Shown: positions 10,061 through 20,137 of the stretch, piece by piece
How positions within the stretch are numbered: position 1 is the stretch's first letter
How the letters are laid out: the number at the start of each line of letters is the position of its first letter
Source: an uncultured delta proteobacterium
Lineage (GTDB): Bacteria; Desulfobacterota; Syntrophorhabdia; Syntrophorhabdales; WCHB1-27
NCBI GenBank assembly: GCA_963810935.1
Contig: CAWEPK010000017.1
Coordinates: 96,001 to 160,000 of the forward strand
DNA length: 64,000 bases
Direction of reading: 5' to 3'
The notes under the pieces: generated by a model
Told to the model about the DNA's origin: nothing
What the model saw: only the letters and a program-made list of their open reading frames with translations
The model's database searches: none
Program-made: the position numbers and the translations under genes

Positions 10061-10264
10061 TTGACTTTTATCATAGCAGCGTACGTCGGTACGTCGGAGG
10101 GCGCAAGGCGAGCAGGGCGCCGCATCCGTCATATCAGTTGAAAGTAGGTTTGCCGGGTGCCCGCACGGTAAAAAGCGTGTTGAAAAGGCGCCACCTTGCA
10201 TGCGGGTGGTCCGCAGCAGGCACGAGTCCAAACCTTGCCACAACATCCGCCTTTGCCTCTATCG

Positions 10265-11326
10265 CTACCACCTGAAGTCCTGTGTCGTCCAACCCGACAT
10301 ACACCTTTCGCGCATCCGCGCATACATCACCGGCAGATCCGCCGCACTCGCCCCCATCAGCGGCGCAATGCACTTCATTGCCCTTACCGCTCCCCACGCC
10401 CTTTGTCTCCCGTAGCCCGTGTGCGCCTGCGCCATATACCGCGCAGTCTTATACAGCGCGTACCCCCTCATCCGCCGGCGCGCCTCCGAATCGTGCGCAG
10501 CATGCTTGCATACCACGTACGCCCTGTTCAGTACCTGCATGACGCCCCATGCGGTCCCATTGACGCGCGCCTCCGGCGCCCGGTTATGGAAGACCCGGGC
10601 GTTTTCCGCATCGACCAGGAGGTGGCTGCCGAGGACTGCAAGGCTCGCATCGTAATCCTCGAACAGGGCATACGTACCCAGCGTCTCGTCGAAGCCCGTT
10701 TTCCGGATCAGGTCCGCCCTGAAGGACATCCTGAAGCCGGGCAGGGCCGTGGCGGGTGTTGCGCCGGCGGCCGCGAGCCAGGCCGGCCTTCCTATCCTTG
10801 CGCTCCGCGAATCGGCTTCCACAAAGAACGGGTCCGGAAACAGCCTGTATTCCAGGGAATCGATGAAACGGCCGACGGAGAGCTGGAGCTTGTCGCGGAG
10901 GGCCATGCGGTACGCCGGGGGCGCACACCCGGACATGCCGGGCGGCAAGGCGGCAACTTCCGTCCCCCCTACCCCGCCTATCGTCTCTTCCGCGTCCGTC
11001 TCGTAGACGCGCATGACGGAATCGGAAAAACCCGGGAACCAGAGGGCGTCGTCGTCGGGGAACATCGCGACAGGCGAGAGCGCGGCATCGAGCCCTGTGT
11101 TGCGCTGGAGGGAGGAGCCGGGCGCGGACCGCAGCACTACGAGGCGCACACCGGGGGCTACATCCCGCGCGATCTGCGCGACGGTCCTCGCGGCCTCCTT
11201 ATGGTTATCGCTCGAATCGACCACGATGAGGCTGCGGGGAAGGCGCGACTGGGAGAGCATCAGCGGAAGGGAAAGCCGCAGGGCCTCCACCCTGTTTCGG
11301 GTGGCAATGACGATATCGAAATCCAA
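10265..11326 (-). CDS. Glycosyltransferase family 2
   Basis: IVIATRNR, IVVDSSD, QRNTG, FPDDD, ED motif; likely TTG start at 11326 after TAAGGA. Confidence 0.88.
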   Translation of the reverse strand: MDFDIVIATRNRVEALRLSLPLMLSQSRLPRSLIVVDSSDNHKEAARTVAQIARDVAPGVRLVVLRSAPGSSLQRNTGLDAALSPVAMFPDDDALWFPGFSDSVMRVYETDAEETIGGVGGTEVAALPPGMSGCAPPAYRMALRDKLQLSVGRFIDSLEYRLFPDPFFVEADSRSARIGRPAWLAAAGATPATALPGFRMSFRADLIRKTGFDETLGTYALFEDYDASLAVLGSHLLVDAENARVFHNRAPEARVNGTAWGVMQVLNRAYVVCKHAAHDSEARRRMRGYALYKTARYMAQAHTGYGRQRAWGAVRAMKCIAPLMGASAADLPVMYARMRERCMSGWTTQDFRW

Positions 11327-11539
11327 AATCCTTACCTTACCGTTTTTAAATAAAAGCACAAACGGAAGGGTTGCCAAGGGAAGCGAAAAGCGGCCTCCGG
11401 GAGCGAGGCCGCACGATTTGACAATCGATGGAAGCGGCCTCAGATTAAGGTATGGCCGGTCCTACAGGGACCGGGGCTAACCTGATAAAACGCACGTAAG
11501 CGAAAGAGGAGACGACCGCATGTTTGCAGGCGCTGCATC

Positions 11540-13045
11540 ATGATGCTCTCCGATCTTATAGACCTCTTCGGCGCCCTGAACGTCCTCGTTATAGGGGACG
11601 CCATGATGGACGTCTACCTCGAAGGGGTGGTCCAGCGGATCTGCAGGGAGGCGCCCTGCCCCATAGTGGACGTCCTCGACCGGCAAGAGGCTGCCGGGGG
11701 AGCAGCCAACACGGCCCTCAACGTCGCCTCGATGGGCGCGCAGGCGACCTTCCTGTCCGTCACGGGCGACGATGAGGAAGGAAGGGCCCTTCGCCGCATG
11801 CTTGACGGGTCGGGCGTGGATATAGACAATCTCCTCGTGGAAAAAGGCAGGGTCACGCTTACGAAGAACAGGCTGACATCCAATTCGAGGATCGTGATGA
11901 GGTTCGACCAGGGGACTACGGCGCCCGTAAGCAAGGCCGTCGAGAGCGCGCTCGTAGAAAGGCTCTGCTCGCTGTTCCCGAAAATGGACGCGGTGGTCAT
12001 ATCGGATTACTGCTACGGGGCAATCACCCCCGGACTTATAGATACGCTGAGGAAGCTTCAATCATCGGCGCCGAGGACCGTCGTGGTCGATTCGAGGCGC
12101 CTGCCGGAATACAGGTCCCTCCGCGTGACATCGGTCAAACCCAACATCGAAGAGACGCTGGACCTGCTGGGTTTCCCGGAAGACGCCTCGCCGGAAGAGA
12201 TAGCGCGTAAGGCCGACCTGCTCCTCGACCTTACGGGGGCCCGCGTAGCGGCTGTGACCCTCGACTCCAAAGGCGCCTTATTCCTGGAGAGGGGCGAGAA
12301 GCCCTACCGGACGCACGCTGTGCCCGCCGCCGAAACGAAGGTCATCGGCGCGGGCGACACGTTCACTGCCGCCCTCGCGTTGTGCCTCGCCCTCAACGCG
12401 CCTACGCCGGCGGCTGCGGAGGTCGCGTCCGCAGCGTCCGCCGTCGTCGTGGAGAAAGAGGGGACGACGGCGTGCAGCGCGGGCGAGCTGAAGGAATACT
12501 TGGTTCCCGGCGGTAAATACATCTGCGGGCCGGAGCGGCTCGCCGAGCACGTAGATCGGTACAGGGGCCGTGGACTGCGCATCGTCTTCACGAACGGCTG
12601 CTTCGATATCCTCCACAGGGGTCATATAACCTACCTCAACCAGGCAAAGGAATTGGGCGACGTGCTCATCGTCGGCGTCAACTCGGACGCGGGGGTCCGC
12701 AGGCTGAAAGGGGCCGGACGGCCCGTCAACAACCTTGAGGACCGGATCCGCGTGCTCGCTGCGCTTGCCTGCGTAGACCATATCATCGCGTTCGAGGAAG
12801 AGACGCCGGCCGAATTGATAAAGGTGGTGCGCCCCGACGTCTTCACGAAGGGCGGCGACTATACAATCGCCACCCTGCCCGAAGCCTCGCTCGTGAGCAG
12901 CCTGGGCGGGCAGGTCCACATCCTACCCTACGTCGACAACGTCTCGACCACCGGCATCATCGACCGCATGAAGAGGATGCCGGAAAAAACGCAGGCCCTC
13001 CGGCCGGGAGGGGATATCGTTCTGGAGCCCGCCGGCACGGGATAG
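11540..13045 (+). CDS. hldE: Bifunctional heptose-7-phosphate kinase / heptose-1-phosphate adenylyltransferase
   Basis: IGDAMMD, GGAAN, SDY, GAGDT (PfkB domain) followed by TNGCFDILHRGH, GVNSD, KGGDY. Confidence 0.92.
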   Translation: MMLSDLIDLFGALNVLVIGDAMMDVYLEGVVQRICREAPCPIVDVLDRQEAAGGAANTALNVASMGAQATFLSVTGDDEEGRALRRMLDGSGVDIDNLLVEKGRVTLTKNRLTSNSRIVMRFDQGTTAPVSKAVESALVERLCSLFPKMDAVVISDYCYGAITPGLIDTLRKLQSSAPRTVVVDSRRLPEYRSLRVTSVKPNIEETLDLLGFPEDASPEEIARKADLLLDLTGARVAAVTLDSKGALFLERGEKPYRTHAVPAAETKVIGAGDTFTAALALCLALNAPTPAAAEVASAASAVVVEKEGTTACSAGELKEYLVPGGKYICGPERLAEHVDRYRGRGLRIVFTNGCFDILHRGHITYLNQAKELGDVLIVGVNSDAGVRRLKGAGRPVNNLEDRIRVLAALACVDHIIAFEEETPAELIKVVRPDVFTKGGDYTIATLPEASLVSSLGGQVHILPYVDNVSTTGIIDRMKRMPEKTQALRPGGDIVLEPAGTG

Positions 13046-13070
13046 GGGCGCGGCCTTCCGGGTTTTTCGT

Positions 13071-14411
13071 ATGGATTTCACTTACCTGTCGCGACTCCAA
13101 TTCGCCCTCACGACGATGTTCCACATACTGTGGCCCGTATGCGTCATCGGCCTCGGCATTTTTCTTTTCATCGTCGAGGCCCTCTGGCTCATCACTAAAG
13201 ACGGCGACTACTACGTACACGCCCGCTTCTGGGGACGCGTCTTTCTTCTTTATGTCGCCATCGGCGTAGTCACAGGCATCCCCCTCGAATTCGAGTTCGG
13301 CACAAACTGGGCGCCTTTCGCGCGGTCGGCGGGCGACTTCTTCGGCAACATGCTCGGCTTCGAGGCGGCGATGGCCTTCATGCTGGAGGCGAGCTTCCTG
13401 GGCATCATGCTTTTCGGCTGGCGCAGGGTCAGCCCGGCCATGCACCTCGTCTCGACAGGCATGGTCGCCTTCGGCGCCACCCTCTCGGCCTTCTGGATCA
13501 TGGTGGGCAACTCCTGGATGCAGACCCCCTCGGGTGGCGTGTTTCATAACGGCAAGTTCGTTGTCCAAAGCTACGCAGAGGCGATCTTCAACCCGAATAT
13601 GCCGTGGGGCGTCTCCCACATGTTGGTGGCCGCCATTCAGATATCGCTCTTTGTAGTGGGCGGCGTCAGCGCGTGGTACATCCTGAAAGGCAGGAACGCC
13701 GGTCTTTTCCTCAAGTCCTTCAAAATCGCCCTCGTGGCGGCAATCCTGGTCACGCCGCTCCAGGTCTACTTGGGCGACGGCTCCGGCCGCTCGGCCTATA
13801 AATACCAGCCCGCCAAGCTGGCCGCGATGGAATCGACGTGGGAGACGAACCGCGCAGGCGCCGGCGCACCCTGGCACGTGGTTGCCTGGCCCGACCCTAA
13901 GGCTGAGAGGAACCTCTGGTCCATCGATGTACCGTACGCCCTGAGCATCATCACTACAAGGACGCTGACGGGGCAGATAAAGGGGCTGAAGTCGTTTCCG
14001 CCGGATGACCGGCCGCCCATACTGATGCCTTTCTACGGCTTCCGCATCATGGTCCTCGTCGGTTTTCTTTCGGTTCTCCTCATGCTGTGGACGCTACGGG
14101 CGTGGGCCAAAAGAAGGCTTTCGGCAGAGCGGATAGGCGGCCAGAGGATGCTGCTTTACGCGTGGATGGCGGCAGCGCCGCTCAACTACCTCGCGATGGA
14201 GGCGGGATGGGTCACGCGCGAGGTGGGGAGGCAGCCTTACATAGTGTACGGGTTCTTAAGGACGTCCGGGTCGGCAAGCGCCTTGCCTGCAGGCGCGGGC
14301 TTTTCGCTTTTCGCCTTCGCGGCCGTCTACCTCGTGCTGCTCGCTGCATTTTGCGTCTTCGGGGCGATGGTCCTGGCGCGTGGCCCGGTGCATGAGCCGC
14401 CGGTGATATAG
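13071..14411 (+). CDS. cydA: Cytochrome bd ubiquinol oxidase subunit I
   Basis: SRLQFA...FH, FEFGTNW, NSWMQTP, QPAKLAAME, GW..REVGRQP. Confidence 0.96.
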   Translation: MDFTYLSRLQFALTTMFHILWPVCVIGLGIFLFIVEALWLITKDGDYYVHARFWGRVFLLYVAIGVVTGIPLEFEFGTNWAPFARSAGDFFGNMLGFEAAMAFMLEASFLGIMLFGWRRVSPAMHLVSTGMVAFGATLSAFWIMVGNSWMQTPSGGVFHNGKFVVQSYAEAIFNPNMPWGVSHMLVAAIQISLFVVGGVSAWYILKGRNAGLFLKSFKIALVAAILVTPLQVYLGDGSGRSAYKYQPAKLAAMESTWETNRAGAGAPWHVVAWPDPKAERNLWSIDVPYALSIITTRTLTGQIKGLKSFPPDDRPPILMPFYGFRIMVLVGFLSVLLMLWTLRAWAKRRLSAERIGGQRMLLYAWMAAAPLNYLAMEAGWVTREVGRQPYIVYGFLRTSGSASALPAGAGFSLFAFAAVYLVLLAAFCVFGAMVLARGPVHEPPVI

Positions 14412-14420
14412 GGGGAAGAT

Positions 14421-15455
14421 ATGGAGCAGGCTTCTGCCGGTCTCCTTGCGATGGCGAAGGCGTATTTGCCGGAGCTGTGGGTCGTCCTCATCGTCCTGTT
14501 TCTGCTCTATTACGCAGTTACGGACGGCTTCGACCTCGGCGTGGGGATCGTCTCGCTTTTCACGCCGGGCGCTGAAGACCGGAAAAGGATGATCGGAAGC
14601 ATAAAGGGCGTCTGGTCCGGGAACCAGACGTGGCTCGTAGTGCTGGGGGGAATGCTCTTCGGCGCATTCCCGATCTTTTACAGCGTGCTCCTCTCCGCGC
14701 TCTATATCCCCATGGCCCTGATGCTGATCGCCTTCATTTTCAGGGGCATCGGGATCGACCTGGGCGAGCAGTACGGGTACGCCCCTTTCTGGCGCTACTC
14801 CTTCGGCATCGGGAGCCTGGCTGCGACGCTCGCGCAGGGCCTTGCCCTGGGTGGCCTCCTCAGCGGGATAACCCTTAAAGACGGCATTTTCGCAGGGGGC
14901 GTCTGGGACTGGCTCAACCCGTTCGCCCTCCTGATTACGGCAGGCGTCCTTTTCGGCTATACGATGCTCGGGGGAAATTTCCTCGTCTGGAAGCTCGAAG
15001 GGCCGATCGAGGACAGGGCAAGGCGGTTCGCGCTGGCCGCCTCTGTCGCGGCAGGCATCGTGTCTGCGGCCACGTGGGTCTGGGTCGTGCTCCGCTACCC
15101 CTTCTTTGCGCAGAAGATTTACGCGTGGCCCGGCCTTCTTTTCATCATGCTCTTCCCCGTCCTCGCGCTCTTCTCCTTCGTCATGTTCCTGCGGGCCATA
15201 CTGAAGCGGCGCGACCTCTCCCCGCTTCTCTGGAACATCGCCATCATCCTGTTCTCGTTCCTGGGGCTTTCGATAGGCTTCTGGCCTTACATGATACCGG
15301 GCATCGCCGGGCCTGTAACCTTCCGGGCCGCGGCTGCCTCGCAGCCCACGCTCGTTTTCATGTTCATCGCGATGGTCGTTTTAACGCCGATCATCCTCGT
15401 CTACCACAACTACCAGTACTGGGTCTTCAGGGGGAAAGCGCGGGAAGGCGAGTAG
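14421..15455 (+). CDS. cydB: Cytochrome bd ubiquinol oxidase subunit II
   Basis: DGFDLGVG, W.GNQTWLV..GG.LFGAFP, Y.YWVFRGK. Confidence 0.95.
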   Translation: MEQASAGLLAMAKAYLPELWVVLIVLFLLYYAVTDGFDLGVGIVSLFTPGAEDRKRMIGSIKGVWSGNQTWLVVLGGMLFGAFPIFYSVLLSALYIPMALMLIAFIFRGIGIDLGEQYGYAPFWRYSFGIGSLAATLAQGLALGGLLSGITLKDGIFAGGVWDWLNPFALLITAGVLFGYTMLGGNFLVWKLEGPIEDRARRFALAASVAAGIVSAATWVWVVLRYPFFAQKIYAWPGLLFIMLFPVLALFSFVMFLRAILKRRDLSPLLWNIAIILFSFLGLSIGFWPYMIPGIAGPVTFRAAAASQPTLVFMFIAMVVLTPIILVYHNYQYWVFRGKAREGE

Positions 15456-15476
15456 GATGACCGGCAAGGAAAAGAT

Positions 15477-15893
15477 ATGGAGGACCATATGGAACAGACA
15501 TTGAAGCAAATCGATCTCCCGCACCTCGTCGTCACGCTGCGGGAGCAGACAGCGGGGCTGGTCAGGTCGCAGGTCGCCCTGGCCCGCGCGGAGATGGGCG
15601 GCGTCGCACGCCGGGCCGTCAGGTACGCAATGTTTATGGTAGTGGGCGCTCTTATCCTTGCTGCGGGCCTGATCGCCGCAATTGCGACTGCGGTTGCCGT
15701 TATCGCCCTCTTCCTGCCGGTCTGGTTGTCGGTCCTGGTAGTCGCGGCTGCGCTGATAGTTGCGGGCCTTGCGCTGATCCTGAGGGCCGCATCGAAGTTC
15801 AGGCACATGCGATGGCTGCCGGTGAAAACCATCGAGACGTGGAAGGAAAGCCTGCGGGGACTGATAAGAGAGAGGCAAAGAGAAAAGATCTAG
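15477..15893 (+). CDS. YhjD/DUF1469-like ('phage holin family') membrane protein
   Basis: LVR.QVALARAEM, two TM helices, P.KT.ET.KE C-terminal motif. Confidence 0.8.
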   Translation: MEDHMEQTLKQIDLPHLVVTLREQTAGLVRSQVALARAEMGGVARRAVRYAMFMVVGALILAAGLIAAIATAVAVIALFLPVWLSVLVVAAALIVAGLALILRAASKFRHMRWLPVKTIETWKESLRGLIRERQREKI

Positions 15894-16110
15894 AAGCAAA
15901 GGCGTTTTACCGGGGCCGGGACTCGCACATTTTGCAGGATCGCGATTCCGAACAGGCACGGGTCCGGCCGCAATACACGTATCCTTCTCACCGCCGCCAG
16001 CCTTTACCTATTCCATCCACAACTTTGAGCGCACTCATTTAACTCTTGCAATAACGTGCCCGTTAGGCTATGGTTTCGTTCGTCGGTATAAAAGCACGGA
16101 GGTTATCGAA

Positions 16111-16689
16111 ATGAAGAAAGCGCTTCTGCTCGTTCTTGTCGTATTCGCGGCGGGGATCCTCGGCTGCTCGTCCATGCAGCAATACAGTACTTATCAGACT
16201 GATATGTCGAAAGCTAAGAAGATGCTGGACAACGCCGATTACAAGCAGGCGCTCGAAAGCTTCGTAGACGCGGCAAAGGCCATGCCGAAGGAGCCGGACC
16301 CTTACGCCTACGCTGCGACGGCGAGCTATAAACTGAACAACATCGAGGCCGCGTCCGGCTACATCCGGGATGCGGTACAACTGAACAAGAGCAGCGACGC
16401 CTATATCCGCATCCTGGGCTACAAGGCGCTGATCCTCCTGAGGCAGGGCAGGCATAAAGAGGGAATGGACGCCTTGAATGATTATATCCAAAATTACGAA
16501 CAACAATACGCGGCAAGGAACGTCCGCGACATCAAGGCCATGTGGCGGAGCAACAAGATAGACCTCCCCACCCTGGAGCAGTACCTGGACGAAGGGATAA
16601 CGACATTCGAAAGCGATATGGAGATGTTCCGCAAGTCGGGCGCGGGATGGTTCGCGGCGAAGTACGGCCCGGCGCCGTCAGGGCGGTGA
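16111..16689 (+). CDS. TPR-like lipoprotein
   Basis: Lipobox ILGC, helical repeats, GGAGG RBS. Confidence 0.75.
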   Translation: MKKALLLVLVVFAAGILGCSSMQQYSTYQTDMSKAKKMLDNADYKQALESFVDAAKAMPKEPDPYAYAATASYKLNNIEAASGYIRDAVQLNKSSDAYIRILGYKALILLRQGRHKEGMDALNDYIQNYEQQYAARNVRDIKAMWRSNKIDLPTLEQYLDEGITTFESDMEMFRKSGAGWFAAKYGPAPSGR

Positions 16690-17012
16690 AAGGAAGTCCG
16701 CCCCCCCTAAACCGACCAAACGCTGCCATTCGGGCGCATGTGGCCACAATGAGGCCCAGGCGCCCGTTTCTTTTGGCTTCCCGGTCCGTTCCTTTTTGAT
16801 TGACACGGGCCTCTCCGATTGGATAACATTATTCGGCTGATGGTGGTGCCTGCCTTCTGGGGTACAGTATGCAGTCCCAACATCGGCAAAAAAGCACGGA
16901 AAGGCAAACGGCCCTCCGGGCCGGCCCGGTTTCAGCCATCGGGTCGGGACGGGGCCGGTCGCACGGAGAGCTTGCCGGTGTTCACGCCGGCCCAACCATA
17001 TAGGAGGATGAC

Positions 17013-18041
17013 ATGAAAAAAGAGATTTGCGTGGCCCTGGCTGCTATCGTCGCCGCAGCTTCGATATTCTGTTTTATGGCGCAGCCCGGCTTCGCCCAGG
17101 AAAAGACGTACAACCTGCGCTACGCCAACTTCTTCCCGGCGCCCCACAGGAACAGCCAGATGTCCGAGGCGTGGTGCAAGGAAGTGGAAAAGAGAACGAA
17201 CGGTAGGGTCAAGATCGCATATTTCCCCGGCGGCACGCTCACCCCGCCCGCCCAGACCTATGACAGCGTCACGACGGGCATCGCGGACATCGGCATGAGC
17301 GTCCTCAATTACACCAGGGGGAAATTCCCGCTCATGGACGCCATAAACCAGCCGATGGGCTACAAGAGCGCCTACGTCGTAACGAAGCTCGCCAATGATT
17401 TCTATAAAAAGTTCAAGCCGAAAGAACTGGACGACGTGAAGGTGATGTACCTCCACGGCCACGGCCCCGGCCTCCTGCACACCAAAAAGCCCGTCACGAA
17501 GCTTGAGGACGTAAAGGGGATGAAGGTGCGGGCATCAGGCAGCATCACCAGGATCGTTTACGCCCTTGGCGGCTCCCCTGTCGGGACCACCATGCCTGAG
17601 ACGTACGACGCCCTCCGCACCGGCGTAGCCGACGGCGCCCTGGCGCCATATGAGGCCCTGTACGGCTTCAAGTGGGGGGAGGTCGTCTCCTCCACCACCG
17701 AGTGCTATCCCATATCTTACACCGACATCGAATTCGTCGTTATGAACAAGGACAAATGGAACGCCCTTCCCCCCGACATCCAGAAGACGATAGAGAAGAT
17801 CAACGAAGAATGGATCGAAAAACAAGGGCGCCTCTGGGATGAGCTGGACAAGGAAGGCAAGGCATTCGTGCTAAAGAGGGGCAACAAGATCCAGACGCTC
17901 AGTGCAGAAGAGGGCGCGCGCTGGAAGGCAAAAGTACAGCCGCTCATCGATGACTATGTCAAGACCAACAAGGCCAAAGGCCTGCCGGCCGAAGCGGCCG
18001 TCAGGTTTGTCCAGGATTACCTGAAGGCAAACCAGAAGTAG
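17013..18041 (+). CDS. dctP: TRAP transporter substrate-binding protein
   Basis: Signal peptide; EVEKRTNGRVKI..FPGGTL, KGMKVR, YDALRTGVADG, MNKDKWNALP. Confidence 0.93.
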   Translation: MKKEICVALAAIVAAASIFCFMAQPGFAQEKTYNLRYANFFPAPHRNSQMSEAWCKEVEKRTNGRVKIAYFPGGTLTPPAQTYDSVTTGIADIGMSVLNYTRGKFPLMDAINQPMGYKSAYVVTKLANDFYKKFKPKELDDVKVMYLHGHGPGLLHTKKPVTKLEDVKGMKVRASGSITRIVYALGGSPVGTTMPETYDALRTGVADGALAPYEALYGFKWGEVVSSTTECYPISYTDIEFVVMNKDKWNALPPDIQKTIEKINEEWIEKQGRLWDELDKEGKAFVLKRGNKIQTLSAEEGARWKAKVQPLIDDYVKTNKAKGLPAEAAVRFVQDYLKANQK

Positions 18042-18104
18042 TACGCATCCGCCCGCGTCCCGCGTTTTACGGGCGGCAGAGCAAAATGTTTTTCGGGAGG
18101 CGTC

Positions 18105-18587
18105 ATGCAAGGATTTTTCCGGCTGATTGAAAAGCTGGGCAAGCTGATGCAGGTCATCTCAGGCATTGCCCTCACCTTTATCATGCTCCTTACCGTTACC
18201 GACGTTGCCGGAAGGCTGGTCGGCCATCCGGTAGACGGCACGTTCGAGCTGGTGGGGCTGGGCGGGGCGGTCGTGATCGGCTTCGCCCTTCCCATAACGT
18301 CGTGGCTCAGAGGCCACATATTCGTCGATTTCCTCTACCAGAAGGCGCCGCCGGCCTTCCAGCGGGCGCTCCACGTGTGCACGAGGATCATCGTACTGGT
18401 GATGTTCGTCTTCATAGGCTGGAACCTCATCAAGCTGGGCTACAAGCTCTACATAACGGGCGAGGTGACGCTGACCCGCCAGTTGCCTTTCTATCCCATA
18501 GCGTACGGCCTGGGCGTCTGCTGCTTCATCCAGTGTCTCGTCGCCCTGTGCGAGATATGCAAGGTGGCGGGAGGTACTTATGAATGA
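18105..18587 (+). CDS. dctQ: TRAP transporter small permease
   Basis: Four TM helices, DV.GR, GHI.VD motif. Confidence 0.9.
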   Translation: MQGFFRLIEKLGKLMQVISGIALTFIMLLTVTDVAGRLVGHPVDGTFELVGLGGAVVIGFALPITSWLRGHIFVDFLYQKAPPAFQRALHVCTRIIVLVMFVFIGWNLIKLGYKLYITGEVTLTRQLPFYPIAYGLGVCCFIQCLVALCEICKVAGGTYE

Positions 18588-19884
18588 GGTCTGGGTAGGC
18601 ATCGTCGGTCTCACCGCCGTGCTCGTGCTCTTTCTTACGGGCATCGAGCTTGCGTTTGCAATGATCGCCATAGGGTTCGCCGGCTTCGCGTACCTGGTCT
18701 CCATGAAAGCGGCCTTCGACCTTCTGGCCAAGGACTTTTTCGACGTCCTCGATTCGTACGGGTTCACCGTCATCCCCCTCTTTATCCTGATGGGGCAAAT
18801 AGCTTTTAACTCAGGCATAGCGAGGAGGCTCTTCGACGCCGCCTACAAATTCATCGGCCACGTGCCGGGCGGCCTGGCAATGGCTACCGTTGCCGGGGCG
18901 ACCGCGTTCAAGTCGATATGCGGCTCCTCCCCCGCCACTGCGGCGACGTTCGCCAGTGTGGCCGTACCGGAAATGGACCGCTACGGGTACGACAGGAGGC
19001 TTTCCACGGGCGTCGTCGCTTCCGTCGGGACGCTTGGCATCCTCCTGCCGCCCTCCGTCACGCTTATTGTGTTCGGCATCATCACGGACCAGTCGATAGG
19101 CCGGCTCTTCCTGGCAGGCATCTGCCCGGGCCTTATGATAGCCGCCCTCTTCCTCTGCGTCATTTACGGGTGGTGCAGGATCAACCCGGCCCTCGGGCCG
19201 AAAGGCGCCCGCTCGTCATGGAGCCAGAGGATTAGGGCCGTCCCTGAAATCGCCTGGGTCGTCCTCGTCTTCGTGCTCGTGATCGGCGGCATCCTTAAAG
19301 GGTTCTTTACCCCGACGGAGGCAGGCAGCGTAGGCACGTTCCTGGTGCTGATACTTACTTTCGGCAAGCGCGACCTCAACATCAAAGGGTACATCAAGTC
19401 CGTCTCGGAGTCGGTGAGGACGGCCTGCATGGTCCTCGTGCTGATCGTCGGCTCCACGGTGCTCGGCCATTTCATCGCCGTCACCAGGATACCGATGATC
19501 GCCGCGGACTGGATAGTCTCCCTGCCTCTCCACCCGGCGCTGATCATGTTCCTCATCGCCATCATCTACGAGGTGGGCGGCTCTTTCATCGACGACATGG
19601 CGTTCATGATCCTCGCGACGCCGATCTTTTATCCCGCCATTATCAAGCTCGGCTACAACCCTCTCTGGTTCGGCATCCTGATAGGCATCACCGTTATGAT
19701 AGGCGTGGTGATACCGCCTGTGGCCATCAACGTCTTCGTGGTCAAGCAGATCACGAAGGCCTCCTTCAAAACGATTTACGACGGCGTCTATCCCTTCCTG
19801 ATAAGCCTCGTCGTCGGCGGCATCCTGGTCTTTATCTTCCCCCAGCTCGCCACCTGGCTCCCGAAGGTGCTAATGGGCGGATAA
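18580..19884 (+). CDS. dctM: TRAP transporter large permease
   Basis: IPLFILMG, GGLA, GSS.ATAA, GTLGILLPPS, FTPTEAG. Confidence 0.94.
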   Translation: MNEVWVGIVGLTAVLVLFLTGIELAFAMIAIGFAGFAYLVSMKAAFDLLAKDFFDVLDSYGFTVIPLFILMGQIAFNSGIARRLFDAAYKFIGHVPGGLAMATVAGATAFKSICGSSPATAATFASVAVPEMDRYGYDRRLSTGVVASVGTLGILLPPSVTLIVFGIITDQSIGRLFLAGICPGLMIAALFLCVIYGWCRINPALGPKGARSSWSQRIRAVPEIAWVVLVFVLVIGGILKGFFTPTEAGSVGTFLVLILTFGKRDLNIKGYIKSVSESVRTACMVLVLIVGSTVLGHFIAVTRIPMIAADWIVSLPLHPALIMFLIAIIYEVGGSFIDDMAFMILATPIFYPAIIKLGYNPLWFGILIGITVMIGVVIPPVAINVFVVKQITKASFKTIYDGVYPFLISLVVGGILVFIFPQLATWLPKVLMGG

Positions 19885-19945
19885 GGGGCATCATCCTTTC
19901 AGCCGTTTTTCCGCAGGATCGGCCGCCCGGCACTACGCCGGGCGG

Positions 19946-20032
19946 GCAATTATTGGGGTTCAGCACCCCCTCCAGCGGCATCAGCCGCATGGAGCCTCCC
20001 CGCTCGGCGCGGCGCTTCGCTTGCTTTATTAT
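19946..20032 (+). repeat. Dispersed ~100-bp repeat family, single unit
   Basis: ATTGGGGTTCAGCACCCCCTCCAGCGGC...GCATGGAGCCTCCCCGCTCGGCGC...TTCGCTTGCTTTATT, near-identical to 34198 onward and the reverse complement of units at 29241 onward. Confidence 0.9.
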
Positions 20033-20137
20033 AGACGCGGTTTTTTTAGGCGACCTCGGACATTTGACTTTAACCTCTCGCCGCCTTAGTTTCAAAACAG
20101 GGGTTACTACAAACAACATCATAATGAGGAGGTCGCT

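Larger units (their letters stand above)
8567..10076 (+). mobile_element. Second IS110-family insertion sequence (IS1111-type layout)
   Basis: Transposase plus ~330-nt 3' non-coding region; AG dinucleotide at both junctions (8565-8566, 10075-10076); imperfect terminal IR CTATGCTATAAAAG / CTTTTATCATAG; outward TTGACT at 10061; internal segments match both flanks. Confidence 0.88.

Noticed and set aside
15477..15893. 'Phage holin' as evidence of a prophage
   Set aside because: DUF1469-type proteins are common chromosomal membrane proteins; no phage genes nearby.
16046..16061. Sigma54-like GGGCACGTTATTGCA on the minus strand
   Set aside because: Points antisense into the cyd operon end with no credible downstream ORF or RBS; may be chance.
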